This document shows positions 38,370-52,095 of a DNA stretch of 64,000 nucleotides, in pieces. The DNA comes from Chara braunii (taxonomy: Eukaryota > Plantae > Charophyceae), in NCBI GenBank assembly GCA_003427395.1, contig BFEA01000010.1:4029169-4093168 (forward strand). Reading direction: 5' to 3'. The translations under genes were made by a program, and so were the position numbers. How positions within the stretch are numbered: position 1 is the stretch's first letter; each line of letters begins with the position of its first letter. The notes under the pieces are model-generated. The model was given only the letters and a program-made list of their open reading frames with translations, was not told the origin of the DNA and ran no database searches.

Positions 38370-39970
38370 GTAAAAATAATAAGAAGAAATTATAAAATGC
38401 AAGGAAGATGGCGAACTTCAAACAGTATCATACACATGTGACCAGATAGTCGTGACCTCGAATCAACAGCAGACTCGTATCACGAGTTTCACCGAATAAG
38501 AGCACAACAAAAGCTCATAATTGACAATGTTGGAACAGTCTCATCATTAATCATAGAACCAATGTCGTCATCCCATCGGGCGCTTAGCGCCCAGATTACA
38601 ATTGGCAGATCCTATCTAGCCTATCTACCATGCCGCAAGTGACGTCAACAGCTCCCCGAAGTACGGGCAGACCTCGGCCAAATTGTCGTTCGCCTCTAAC
38701 ACCAGGTAGGTATCTCGTGTTACCCACAACCTCGATTCCCCATACACAGATGCCACATACACCTAAGGACCACCGTGCGTCCTATCCAGCTACAAACAGA
38801 CAAACCCGGCTATGAATGTTTGTTAACCCTCTGTTCACAATCTGTGTTTAGCTCGTGTACGCCTCCGACTTTGTCTGTCTATTCATGTATGTCTGTTACT
38901 GTAACTCCTCGTATGTCGCTGTCTGTTTGTTTTCTCTGTTATTCGTCACGTTTTGTCAGCTTTTGTCTTTCTTTCAGTTGCTGTTTATTTCTGTTCCTTA
39001 TCTGTTTGCTTCAGTATTTCACATCTGTTTGTGTCTGGTTGTCTGTGAAGTGACACTTATTATTCTATATCTGAACCAATATTGTCTTATTAGCAATAGT
39101 GAATACAGATCCAGGGCTAGACCCCTTGTCCTAACTTTACCCATGTTCAATATCTCGAGAGTTGACCCCGTGACGGTTGGTAGGTTGTCGTAGGGTCCAT
39201 AGTTAGCATAGGTTTGATCTGTTGATCTGTCGAGTAGGAGTCTCAGTCGGTCTAGAAGTCGTGGTTGTAGTTTTCTCGAAGAATCAAGATTGTAGCTGCT
39301 ACAGTATCAAAAGGCCAAGTCTATGGCCTTCCAGAAAGTCCGAGTAGTGGCTTTTCAAAGTAGCCCATGTTTAGGGTGAGGTAAGTGGGCAAGTGGTGGA
39401 ATCTACCCGTGCCGAGTCAACAGTTTTAGTCCCCAGTCAGTCCTGGTTCAATCAAACAAGTACCGCATGAAACTTTGTGCATTACGGGCATGGGAAAGGG
39501 TCAGACCAACGAGCTGCAGAAGTATAAATCAAGAGGCAGCGCTTGGCCATTCATTCTTTCCTGCGAGAGCCGTGCGGAAGTGCTGCCATAAGCTACTTGA
39601 GCGAGGTGGTCTGTAATGAGCCCGAAGACGAAGTCGGCGAAAGAGAAACTTAGCCATAGCTATAGGGTAATAATGGTCATAGCAGCCATAGTCGTGGCTA
39701 GAGTTCAGAGTGTGAGTGCGTGTGTGTGTTCAGAGTATCATGCACGGGATATCCAAAACGATCCCGAGTATGTGAGCGGAGAGAGTTATGTGAGCGTTAA
39801 TTTGCAGTAATCATTGAAGTGAGCCTGAATCTGAATTGCGTTCTCGGTTTCCATATCGTTGAGATCTGAGTGGGCGCTTGTCGCCATTTTTGTTGCGCAC
39901 ATATTCGCATGCATGAGAAATGCGAATGAAAGCAAGTCTGATTTTCATTAATAATAATAATAATAATGAC

Positions 39971-40015
<45 letters not shown>

Positions 40016-40775
40016 GATAATAATAATAATAATGTCAATCAGTCGATGAAGATGAGCAATAGCAAACTTCAACAATCAAACAGGATCATATATACAAGAC
40101 CAGATTGTCGTGATCTTGACCCAACAACAGAATTGCATCACGAACTCTCACCAAATAAGAAGACCCCAAGAACTCATATTTGACAATGCTGGTAAAGTTT
40201 CATCATTATCATCAATGAAGAACCAAAGTTGATATCCTATCTGGCGCTCGGCGCCCAGATTACAAATGGCAGATCCTATCTAGCCTAGACTACACTGCCG
40301 CATGATGACGACAACAGTTTTATCAAAGTACGAGCAGATAGCGGCCAATGCCGCACGCTTCCATCACCAGGTATGTCTCTCGCATCACTCACAGCCTCGT
40401 TCCCCAACACACATATGCCACATGCACCCAAGGACCATCGTGCGTCCTATCGAGCTATAGGCAGACAAACCCGGCTAGGGATGCCTGCTATCCCCCTGCC
40501 CACAGCCTGGTGTTCAACCTGTGTATGCTTCAGGCTCTGTCTGTATGTTCATGTATGTTTGTTTTCTGTTCGTTTCGTCTGTATCTGTATGTCTGACTGA
40601 CTGTGTCTGTTAGTCTAATGGTTTGTCTGTGTTATGTTTGTCTGCCTAGTTGCCTTGTGTCTTCCGGTCTGCTTGGTCGCCTGTCAGTCCCAGTACTTCA
40701 TATCTGTCTGTTTGTGTTTGTTTTTGTTTGCTTGTCTGGGTTGTTTGTATGCCTGTTTGGCCTTGTTTGTCTGTG

Positions 40776-40780
<5 letters not shown>
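37260..40780. repeat. Three diverged head-to-tail copies of a ~1.6-kb unit, each delimited by (AAT)n
   Basis: 38400-39000 aligns with 40050-40700 (e.g. GCGCCCAGATTACAA.TGGCAGATCCTATCTAGCCTA), and 37640-38100 aligns with 39190-39790. (AAT)n at 37265, 38315 and 39950. Confidence 0.8.
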
Positions 40781-40839
<59 letters not shown>

Positions 40840-40842
40840 NCN

Positions 40843-40919
<77 letters not shown>

Positions 40920-41678
40920 GTGGTCATGTTTACAAGGTCACATTACTGGAACAATCCGAACGTTTTTTTACGGGCGATGACTACGAGGAATCATGCAGAC
41001 TAAGAGTGACGAGAGGCTTGACTTTCATCGGCTTGCTTAGCAGGCCCGACACTACACCCGGCCTTTCGTTTTGATAACTACAAGTAGGAACGGGCAACAT
41101 CAACACAAATGTGATAAGGGAGCGAACACTTTAGTGAAGATGAGATAAACACTTTCCTCGAAGGAAGCGAAATAATAGTAATCGTGATCGAGATCAGAAC
41201 GACCATGGTAATTCGAAGGATCAGGAAGAATACGATTTGCCAGGCAGCGGAACTCGATATCCTTGATTGCATAGATCATTCTGATGTCGAAGAACAAAAG
41301 TCTATCTTAATAAGGCCAAGATTGTTGCTACGTCATCACTGCGCTCTCCAGACGCGTATTTCATTCCTATTTTCATCCCTCTTCTACTTTTCTCCTCACC
41401 TCCATCCCTCGGTCAACTTTTCTTCTTTCTCTTCCATGTTTGTCCATTCCCCCTCGTCACCACCCTTTATCTCCTTTGGCCATAACACTAACGGTATCTG
41501 ATTCTTAGCCCCGACTAGATTCAGAGCAGAAAAATGATGATCAAAGCGCGGTGAGAGACACTCGATACCTATGCAAAGAGGGCACTATGACCGGAATTAA
41601 GTTACGGGATCGCCGGTATAATGGAGGTCATAGTTACACTACAAAAGGCATGTGCGAGGAAGCTCAAGTTCGTGGTCT

Positions 41679-41741
<63 letters not shown>

Positions 41742-41789
41742 GCATACGCATACACACTCACACATGCACGCAACCAATCAAACCAGCGT

Positions 41790-44300
41790 GACTGCATATT
41801 GCTGTCTTGTTCTTGCGGTGGATTCACCCTCTATTGTTCATGCTTTCGATGAAGTAGATTGAGACTCGTCGCGAGATAGTCTCGCTTACATACATGTATA
41901 CACACCCACACACACACACAAGTAGTAGTAGCGTATATATCTCGTGTTCTAGCGGTAGATCGTCTCAGCGTTGCTCATCCCATCTATGGAAGTGCCACAC
42001 CTTTAGTCACGCGATTCACGCATTCATTCGTGCACACTCACACATATACGCATACATTCATATGTAATCAAGCAAACAAGTATGGATGCGTAAATTTTTC
42101 ATGTTCCATCCGTAGATTCATCGTCTTTGCTCATCCCGTCGCCTAGGAGTAGCACGAGGACAGCCCGTGCGGTTGGAGCTCACATGCGCACACTCTTACA
42201 CTGAATGGACAAGTGTGGCAATGTATATCTCCACATCCTATCGGAAGGTTCATCTGATCCTGCTCATCCGATCGACGGAGGCGGCACGAGGCCAACTTTG
42301 AGGTTCGAAACTTATCTGTTGGTCGGCGCCGTGCTCATCCTATTTCGTCGGAAAACCCTCTCTCTTTCTTTTCTCGTAATCTTACGTACTTCCTGATCTT
42401 GCTCTCACTCCCTCGGCCTTTTGTATGGGCAACGGCCTAGGCCAGGAACACAGTGTACATACATCATCGAATATTGCAAAACAGGGCCGACCCCCGACAA
42501 TCACGAGTTGGTCATAGTGAGAGTCGTTCGTATCGTGCTTGAAAAAAAGGTCGACCATGAATAATAATCACTCCCTCGTTACGCATGTGATCATGATTTC
42601 AATTCCTGTTTTTCATGTATTAGTTTGGGAAATTAGATTAGTAATATATGAGAATAATAATATGACGGAAGAAAAAAAACAACATTTTTAGCTCCAATAA
42701 CGATAATAATAAGGATAATTAATAATAAAAATAATAACGAAAAAAGACTTACCTCAAAAAAGTTCGTACCTTTTCTCCTTCTCCTCTTTGTCCTTCTTCC
42801 TGATACTCCCTCCTTCTTTTCATACTCCTTTTCCCTTCCTTACTTCCCTCTCCTCCTCTTCACTTGTCTTTTCTCTTTGATCAGCCCTTATCACAAATGG
42901 TCCACGTCTTTCTGGTCAGGCGTCGCTCAGAAAGGTGGGTGTGATATTCTCAGCGACAACCCCCTTTTTCTCTTTTCTCAACTCCCAATCTCCCCTCTTT
43001 CTTTCTCCGTCTTCCTCCTTCCTCCTCCTGCTTTGAGTGCTTTTAGTGAGTGCGAATATCATAACAAGCCACAACTGCTCTCCCTGAGACCTTTGGGATG
43101 AGTGTGCTGAGAGTTGGTGACAGCAACAGGTAAGTCACCTTCACCCTTCCTCTCTTCTCCTTCATCTTCTCCTTCTTCTTTCTTTCCCTACTACTACTTA
43201 TCCTTCTCCTCCTTTTCTTGCGTACTCTTTCTCCATGCTATCACCTTCCTTCCCCTGCGCACTTCCTCCTTCTGCATCGTAATGGTACAGCCTAGAAAAA
43301 AAAACGATCTCTCTCACATAGTATAGAATAGCGCAGTGGAAGGCTAATATACCAATGATCCACCCAATCAATATCGCAATGCAAATCAAACACACATTAT
43401 CATCATCATATGATGTGAAAAGGTATGGCGCCCTCACAGGAAGAACGCCCCTGTTCCAAGCATACTCAAATGAAGAAGAGGGGAATCAGACGAAGAAGAG
43501 AGGGAAGATGGGAATGTTGTTAACATCAAGTCTTCGATACAGGTTACAATGACCCCCTCGCCCAATGTCTCAATCCCAATGTCGAATCTGAATCCAAATG
43601 TCGTCAAGTCCCAAAGTCACAAATCCCTCTCTCTCTTACACATACACTCACTCACACATACACATACATAGATGGCAATCCAGCGGAAGAGCCGGGCGAA
43701 AGCTCGATAATGGCCGAGTGCGAATAGCAGTGTACACTCCCATGTTATGACGGGAGGTTCACTCGATTTGGCTCCCCCTCTTGACGGGAGTATCACGAGG
43801 TTAGTTGCGACACACTTACTCAATCGCACACACACATACTAATCACATACGCACACGTGCATGCATACACATATGCCCGCATATACACTCGCACCCACGT
43901 GTTGTAGCGATCATTTCCGTAAACTAGCGGTAGGTTCATGCGACATATCTCATCCTATCGATGGCGGTAGCGTGAAGTTCAGTGCGAGATTCACTCATTC
44001 ACACACACACATTAATGACGATCCCATTAGCGAACCATGGTGAAGGCACGACAACGGGTTAACGCATGTCGCGATGTTTATTTCCACGTTGTAGTAGAAG
44101 ATTCATTCGATTTCGGTCTTCCATACCAATGGTAGTAGCGCAAGGCTTGCCGCGTGTTTTGTTTACACCCTCTCTCACACACACACCCGAACACACACTC
44201 GTACTCACATACACACACATGCATACCCCATGGTAATGTATACTTCCACGATGTGGGGCTAGATTCATTAGATTTCATTTTAACCTTCGACGGGGGTAGT
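41790..44300 (-). repeat. Two clusters (41790-42350, 43660-44300) of the same ~70-bp motif alternating with (CA)n
   Basis: Reverse-orientation units containing GGTAGATTCAT...TTGCTCATCC.ATCGA.GG.AGTAGC-like sequence. Confidence 0.65.
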
Positions 44301-46104
44301 ATGTAGCGTACAGTCAATCACGGGTTGGAGACTTACCCGTTGCCTCACACTCGCTCCTTCGTCGTCGTCGTAGTCGTTCGTAGTGGCTCGATGTCATCCT
44401 TGGATCGCCCCCGTGCTCAAGGTCCAAATATCCTCATGCGGAACATGGACATCAGGAAACACTGCCGAAAGTTTTATAAATCTAAAGAGAGAGTTAAATT
44501 TTATTTTGGCAAAATTTAAAGTTTTATTTTGAGTTTTTGGTTTACTTACTATAAATCTGACAAACCTACTCTTCTAAAGGAGATGTTGCCAAAATTTTTA
44601 CTAAATCAATGAGTTATAAAAAATCCAATTTTTAAAGTTAGAAGATCACTTTCATATTTCATATTCAGTCGTATATATAAATTTTGTAAAGATACTTTTC
44701 CTACATGGAGCGCTGCCAAAATTTCATGAAATCTAGAGGAGTCAGAACATATTTTAAAACTTTGAAAGTTTGCCCTTACTAAAGGGGAATACTGTCGAAG
44801 TTCCTAGCATTTCTAAGGACAGGTATCAAAGATGAGGTAGGGAGGTAGGAGTATTTTGTACTGACTTAAGCGTAACTTTGACAATGGTGTGTGCTGTTTT
44901 GCATGTCATTTTTACTGAAATTATCTTGTGTCTTTACTACCGTTAAGATGATCCTACAATGATAATTTCCTCTTATCTTTTAAAAACAGGTCTGTTTCCG
45001 GCTCAACTCTAACACATTCTCGCTGCACAACCTAAGCCCTGACCACTCTAGGTTGAAATATTTCTTTGTTTCTTTTTCGACCTGGACTCTTATTTAAATG
45101 GTCATTTAAAAAAAACTAAGTGGTTTGTTTTGGACAGTTGGACAAACGTTAGGGCTTGTGTGCATATAAGGCAAACGGTGTGAGTTTGAAGAGTGGTTAA
45201 GGTTGACCCCGTGTAGTGTCTGGTCTGTCAATGTGAATCCTTGATGTGATTGCATGTATGTTTTGTGGATCGAACTCAGGATTTGACTTTGTCCGTGATC
45301 ATATGTATATGTGGAAGGAAGTTACACTGTGATTGTTAGGGTGATCGTCTCGTACCAAATTTCCTCTTATATTTATATATTGAATATTCACGTTGTGTTG
45401 GAGGGCACGATGCTTCGACCCACTATGGCGTACCAACTCCCTGCTCTGCTAAGATTTTGCAGTGTACCAACTGCTACTCACGAACCACTATATTGTACCA
45501 TATGTAACCCAGTCCCACAACCACAGACATATCCAGTTGGCATTTGCCCTGGCAAAAAGAGGTGCGCCACTTGACTTTCCTTTGGCCCACGCGAGCTCGG
45601 CGCCCTGCTGTTCAGCAGAGCATTACCGGTCTGTGGCCGTTGTGGTCGTCGGGCTCGCCTAGGGATGCAAAGATGAAGGGTGTAGCATGACCGTTATGTC
45701 GCGTGCCAAGTTTCTCCTAACCGAGTTATGAGAGACATACAGGACAACGGTCACAATCGTAAAGAAATGGAAAAAGGGAAGAAAGATTAAGAAAAGGAAA
45801 AGAAATAGCGACGCTTAAGATTGTGATTTCCGCTTGGTTAGAAACGTCTAAAAAGACCGCTGCGATTTTTTTTTATTATTATTATTATTTTTTTTTTTTT
45901 TTTTTTTTTTCAAACTTAGTCCGCCTTCTGCTTCCCTGCGCACTCGTTGTCAATGGACCCCGAAAAATTCGGCGAATGAAGCACTGAAGCTTGTTAGCGA
46001 AAGGTTACCGAATTCGGTAAAACAAATTGGCGAAAGATGCCTCAAGATATACTGAAGAAAAATATAGCTTTATATCTTCGGTCTTTGTAAACATCGAAGT
46101 TTGA

Positions 46105-48345
46105 ACATGAAAAATTATATCACGATGAGTTTTCGCTGTTTCGGTACTGAAAATACACTTCGGGATTTCGGTGTTTTACTTAGTTTATTTTCTACATATA
46201 GAACATTATATCTCGATGCGCTTTTGGCGTTTCGGTACCGAAAACGCACTTCAGAATTTCGATGTTTCACTCAGTTCATTTTGTACACCTTGAACCTGTG
46301 TAGCACACCGAACATGTTCAGAGCTTTTTCGAACGTCCGAACATGTTCGGGTGTTCGTCCGAACGCCACTCGAACGTATTCGGCCGAACATATTCAAAAA
46401 AAAAAAAAAAAAAACTTTTTTTTTTTTTTTTGATTTTCAACTCGAGTTTGGTTACGAATTTGACCATACCTCCAAGGCAAAGTTGTTTGTATTATTATTG
46501 TACATAATATATATTTTTTTCATATTTTTCAAAAAACGTTTTTTTTTTTTTAATTTTTATTTTTATGTTCACGTTCGGAGAGTTTCGGCGCTCGTTCACA
46601 TTCGGCCCCGAACGTTCGGGTTCGGTGACGATGCTACACAGCCTTGAACATTATATCTCGATGCGGTTTCGGTATTTCGGTACTGAAAACACACTTCGGG
46701 ATCTCGGTGTTTTACTTAGTTTATGTTGTATAACTTAAACATTATATCCCGATGTGCTTTCAATGTTTCGGTACCTAAAACACACTTCGGAATTTTGGTG
46801 TTTTACTTAGTTTATTTTCTGCATATGGAACATTATATCCCATGCGTTTTCGGTGTTCGGTATCGAAAATGCACTTCTAGATTTTGATGTTATACTTACT
46901 TCATTTTCTACATATTCAACATTATATCCCAATGCGCTTTCAGTGTTTCGGTACGGAAAATGCACTTTGAAATTTTGGTGTTTTACTTAGTTTATTTTCT
47001 ACATACACGTTGAGCATTATATCCCGATGCGCTTTCGGTATTTCGATTCCGAAAATGCTATTCGGGATTTCGGTGTTCTACTTAGTTTATTTTGTACAAC
47101 TTAAACATTATATCCCGATGCGCTTTCGGTGTTTCGGTACCGAAAATGCACTTCGGGATTTTTGTGTTTTACTTAATTTATTTTCTGCATATGAAACATT
47201 ACATCCCGATGCGTTCTCGATGTTTCGGTACCGAAAATGCATTTCGAGATTTCAATGTTTTACTTAGTTTATTTTCTACATATGCAACATTATATTCCGA
47301 TGCGCTTTCGGCGTTTCGGTACCCAAAATGCTATTCGGGACTTCAGTGTTTTACTTAGTTTATTATCTTCATATGCAACATTATGTCTCGATGCCCTTTC
47401 GACGTTTCGGTACCGAAAACGACTTCGGGATTTCAATGTTTTACTTAGTTCATTTTGTGCACGTTGAACATTATATCCCTATGTGCTTTCGGTGTTTCGG
47501 TACCGAACGATTTCGGTATTTTACTTAGTCAATTTTGCACACGTTGAACATTATATCCCGATGTGTTTTCGTTGTTTCGGTACAGAAAATGCAGTTCGGG
47601 ATTTCGGTGTTTTACTTAGTTTATTTTCTACATATGAAACATTATATTCTGATGCATTTTCGGTATTTCAGTACTGAAAATGCACTTCGGGTTTTCGATG
47701 TTTTACTTGGTTTATTTTCTACATATGAAATATTACATCCCAATGCGCTTTCGGCGTTCCAATACCGAAAACGCACGTCAGGATTTCAGTGTTTTACTTA
47801 GTCAATTTTGTACACCTTGAACATTCTATCCCGATGCGCTTTCGGTGTTTCGGTCTTAAAAACTCACTTCGGGATTTCGGTGTTTTACTTAGTTTATTTT
47901 CTACATATGAAATATTATATCCCGATGCATTTTCGGTGTTTCGGTATCGAAAATGCACTTCGGGATTTAAGTGTTTTACTTAGTTTATTTTCTACGTATG
48001 AAATATTATATCCCGATGCGTTTTTCGGCATTTCGGTACCGAAAACACACCTCGGGAGTTCGATGTTTTTCTTAGTTTATTTTCTACATATGAAACATTA
48101 TATATCGATGCGCTTTCGGTGTTTCGGTACTGAAAATGCACTTCGGGATTTCGGTGTTTTACTTAGGTTATTTTCTACATATGAAACATTATATCTCGAT
48201 GCGCTTTTCGGCGTTTCGGTACCAAAAACGCACTTCAGGATTTCGATGTTTTACTTAGTCCATTTTGTACACCTTGAACATTATATCCCGATGCGTTTTT
48301 TGTGTTTCGGTACCAAAAACGCGCTTCGAGATTTCGATGTTTTGC
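46105..48345. repeat. 91-bp satellite, about 20 copies
   Basis: Unit AACATTATATCCCGATGCGCTTTCGGTGTTTCGGTACCGAAAATGCACTTCGGGATTTCGGTGTTTTACTTAGTTTATTTTCTACATATGA. Confidence 0.95.
46296..46641. mobile_element. hAT-type MITE inserted in the satellite
   Basis: TIR CTGTGTAGCA/TGCTACACAG; TSD CCTTGAAC at 46288-46295 and 46642-46649; CCGAAC subterminal repeats. Confidence 0.93.
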
Positions 48346-49972
48346 TTAAGGTCCCGCTACACTACTGTCCAATGTCCAAATAGGTCAATTGATCCTCGCT
48401 ACACTTATTGTCCACTGTCCGTGTGCAAGATGGCTTGGGCAGTGGTAGGAAAACCCATGGACAATATACTGTCCATGAATGGATAAGTACCGGCCTGCAA
48501 AATTTGTTTCATGGATGGTTTTTCAAGGAACTCACTACGCAGTGCTGGATTTGCACAGTGTAGCTGGAAAGGAGTCTGTGGCGCTTATGATGTTTTGAGA
48601 GTGTTTTGTTCTTTTTTTTATTTTGTTTTTTTTTGCAAAACGATTATACCCTTGCGTTCGAGTGTCAGGCTACGCTGCCAGGTGGGCAGCCCGAGTCACC
48701 TTTTTATTCCGGGCGGAAGGACCCTGTCTAATTGACTGCGATTTGCGTGTTTCATGGCCTGGTATGTGATTGGTTCCCTACGTTGTTGCATGTCTGCATG
48801 GACTCCTCGGTACCTGCATGCCCGTCTGCCCACCCACCTTTTTGTCTGTCAAACGTCCACACTGACTCTGTGTCTGCCTGCATGGTTATCTGCGTGTGTA
48901 CTTAAAAAAAAAAAAAGTAGCCTTTGCCCTGTGTCCCTAGCTTGTGCGGATCCCCTACGTGCATGGGCCGTTATCTGTGTGCCCAGCCTGCCACGGACCT
49001 GTGTCTCCGACCTACCTGGAGCATGTGCCCCCGACCTAACCCAGGTCTGTGTCGCCGACTTGCCCCAAACTTGGGCCTGCATGCATGTGTCCCCGACTTC
49101 ACCCTCGAGCTATGTCCAATGCCTCTTTCTTCGTCTTGACTGCATAACTGTCCCGAACCCGTGCCCGCAACCTACCCTGGACTTGTGGTCCCGACATGTG
49201 CATCCCGTTGGGCCTGCCTGCCTGTATCTCTGCGTGCATGTCCGTGTCCCTGCGTGTCTGTCTGCCTATGCCCGATTATTAAAGGGACTTCAATTTTATT
49301 TTTAATTCATGAAAATTTGTGTTTCAATTTCAAAATTCAAAAGGAATAAATAATTTGATAATTGTTTTTTTTTTTTTTTTACAAACTGAAAGATTAACAA
49401 ATTGAAAAAGCAAACTCATTTGATTAGACTGAAATTATGCATCTCATTGCACTTCTGATTTTGATAATCTTGTGTCAATGATCATGACATAATCTGGTCA
49501 ATTCAAATGCCGCTTGGTGATGGTGATTGTGGGCTCTGATGGACCTATTTTTGTCTGGGTCTACATGGTCTCTGATGCTAGTGTTTTTTATGCACCACCT
49601 GATGGCAGTGTGGACCCTTCCCGACAATCTTTTCAAACCCCTTTCAGTAAAATAATCGTTACTTGATTCCAATTATACGCATATATGCAACGAAGAGAGA
49701 GATCAGACAAAACTTTAGAAACTTTAAATTACCAACAATAGAGCCACATTTATAGTCACTAAGGAACGAACACATAACACAAGTCTATAGCACAACCTCT
49801 GCTCCCGGTCCTTTTGTTATTTTTTTAAAACTCTTTACCAGATTGTAAATTTAATCTTTTAATAATTGAATAAAAATTCAAAAAAATCGAGCAAAGTTGG
49901 GTGAGTTTGCTGTGTTCATGTGTGTATGTGCATGCGTGCATGTGTGTATGTGTCTGTGTGTGTGTGTGTATT

Positions 49973-50004
<32 letters not shown>

Positions 50005-50083
50005 CGTGTGTGTGAGAGAGAGAGAGACAGAGAGAGACAAAGACACAGACACAGACACAGACAGACACACACACACACACACG

Positions 50084-50115
<32 letters not shown>

Positions 50116-51288
50116 CACAGCTGGAAAGACATATCATAAGACTCTTAACTCTAAGCCAAAAAAAAATTGGAAAAAAAAAAATAGTACTATTAAAATTCGG
50201 AACAACAAATTAACTCGAGAAGTTTCGAGTTAGAAAATCAATGGTATGACATTTTTGCCATTGACCGAGGTTATTAGCAAACCGAGTATAGGCAACATCC
50301 AAAAATCCGAATTGCATTCACAAAAAGATAGCCAAAAGCCTCAAAATGAACCAGTGAGAATAATTCTACTTGAAATCACCAAAGTACATGAATGAACAAT
50401 TTTGGCAACGTAGAGCTTCGTCATCATCCTAAAACAGTCACAGTTCCAGCGGATGTTCAACACTCAGTCCCTCCTAGATCATGTACAACTAGCTTATCTA
50501 TGTTGTCATCAGTCAGTGAGATAATCTATGGAGTCGAAGTAGATGAAGAATGCCGCATATAACAAACCTTCAACACATATCCCGTGGACCCCCCCTCTCT
50601 CACTCTCTCATCGCTCCTCTTCCCCCACGTCCTTATTGCTGAGCGACAATCATATGCACCATTTACAACCAATCAGGTCGCCTGCCTGTGACACCTAACT
50701 GCCCTGTCCTAAAAGCAGATTCAGCAGGTGAGCAGCATGCCCTACAATTTGGCACATACGCTCTCGAGTGGTGGCCTAGAGCAGCAGCATCAGCTTGACC
50801 GCATGAGCATACCACCAAGTGAAAGAGTCAAACTCTGCCCTTCCGCTTTATTTTATGGAATGAACTTATGGAGACCTAGTACCCAGCGTGCAGGCCGAGT
50901 TTCAAGCTGCTTCTAGGGCCTGGTACCGACATTGAGGTCATTCAACTCTATGATGTGGGCAAGGTTGCATGCATTGTTTGCATAGCTCGGCGAGGCCTAA
51001 CTCATATCACACAGCATGAACCATTTACTTAGGGGGCTTAGGGTGCGCAGAGCCAATGTCCGAGACCTTATGTTTTTTTCGAGCGTCTTACACCTCACAA
51101 TATGTATCACTCATTCTTCGTCGTCTCTCTCTCTTTTTCTTTTTTCTTTTTTTTTTCTCAGTTCAGTTTTCTTCACTTGTATTGCAGAAATCGATTCCTG
51201 ATGTTATCAGCATCTGTTGTCGTATTCTTCTTATGATAAATTTGGCAAATAATTGATAAGATGAAGTTGAAGCGAATTCTGTTCATAT

Positions 51289-51819
51289 CTAGGTTACCAA
51301 TGGTCCGGAGACCGGACGTCTCCACCGGACGTCTCCCCCGGACGTCTCCCCCCCCTGTCATCCGGATTTCCGGACGACGCCTTTTTGGCACCAGAAAAAA
51401 ANNNNNNNNNNNNNNNNNNNNNNNNNNNNNNNNNNNNNNNNNNNNNNNNNNNNNNNNNNNNNNNNNNNNNNNNNNNNNNNNNNNNNNNNNNNNNNNNNNN
51501 NNNNNNNNNNNNNNNNNNNNNNNNNNNNNNNNNNNNNNNNNNNNNNNNNNNNNNNNNNNNNNNNNNNNNNNGGGTATAGATGGGGAATGAATCTTTAAAA
51601 AAAAATATTATTTATTCTACTGGCCCAAATGATCCAAAAATTTGGTGGCATACACCTAATGCAAGGTGGAAGCCACATGATTTTTTTTATTTATTATTAT
51701 TACTATTTTTTTTTTTGCGCTAGGTCGATCATACCCTGTCCGGTCCGACGTCCGACCAGACGTCTGGTCGGACATCCCGGACGGTCAGGGGGTCCCGGAC
51801 GTCCGGCCCGATAACCTAG
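51289..51819. mobile_element. hAT-type MITE (contains an assembly gap)
   Basis: TIR CTAGGTTA/TAACCTAG; TSD GTTCATAT at 51281-51288 and 51820-51827; GGACGTC subterminal repeats. Confidence 0.92.
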
Positions 51820-52095
51820 GTTCATATACCTGTAGCAATAACAATTCAAACGAAGTTAGAAATAAATAGTATAAACATCAACTTAACCCACACTAATGCT
51901 AAGAAAATGGAGTATTCATTCACTTGCCAGAATTGAATTATGACCCTTTATCGTGCATGCTATCAACAATATTCTGAGGATTTAAAATTTTAACAAAAAA
52001 AAAACAGATGACATACATGCAGGAAACACACTCTGAAACAACATAGATAACAGACACGTCACCTATGCGGTCTGCGCTTGTTCCAAACACCTCTG

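Noticed and set aside
40185-40230. Hammerhead-like TGATGA..GAAAC on the minus strand
   Set aside because: No convincing stems, and the core is not conserved in the homologous unit at ~38530.
47010-48383. Repetitive ORFs up to 191 aa
   Set aside because: Artefacts of the 91-bp satellite.
49475-49672. Possible transposase fragment (GLKRLSGRVHTAIRWC)
   Set aside because: Too short, with no diagnostic motif.
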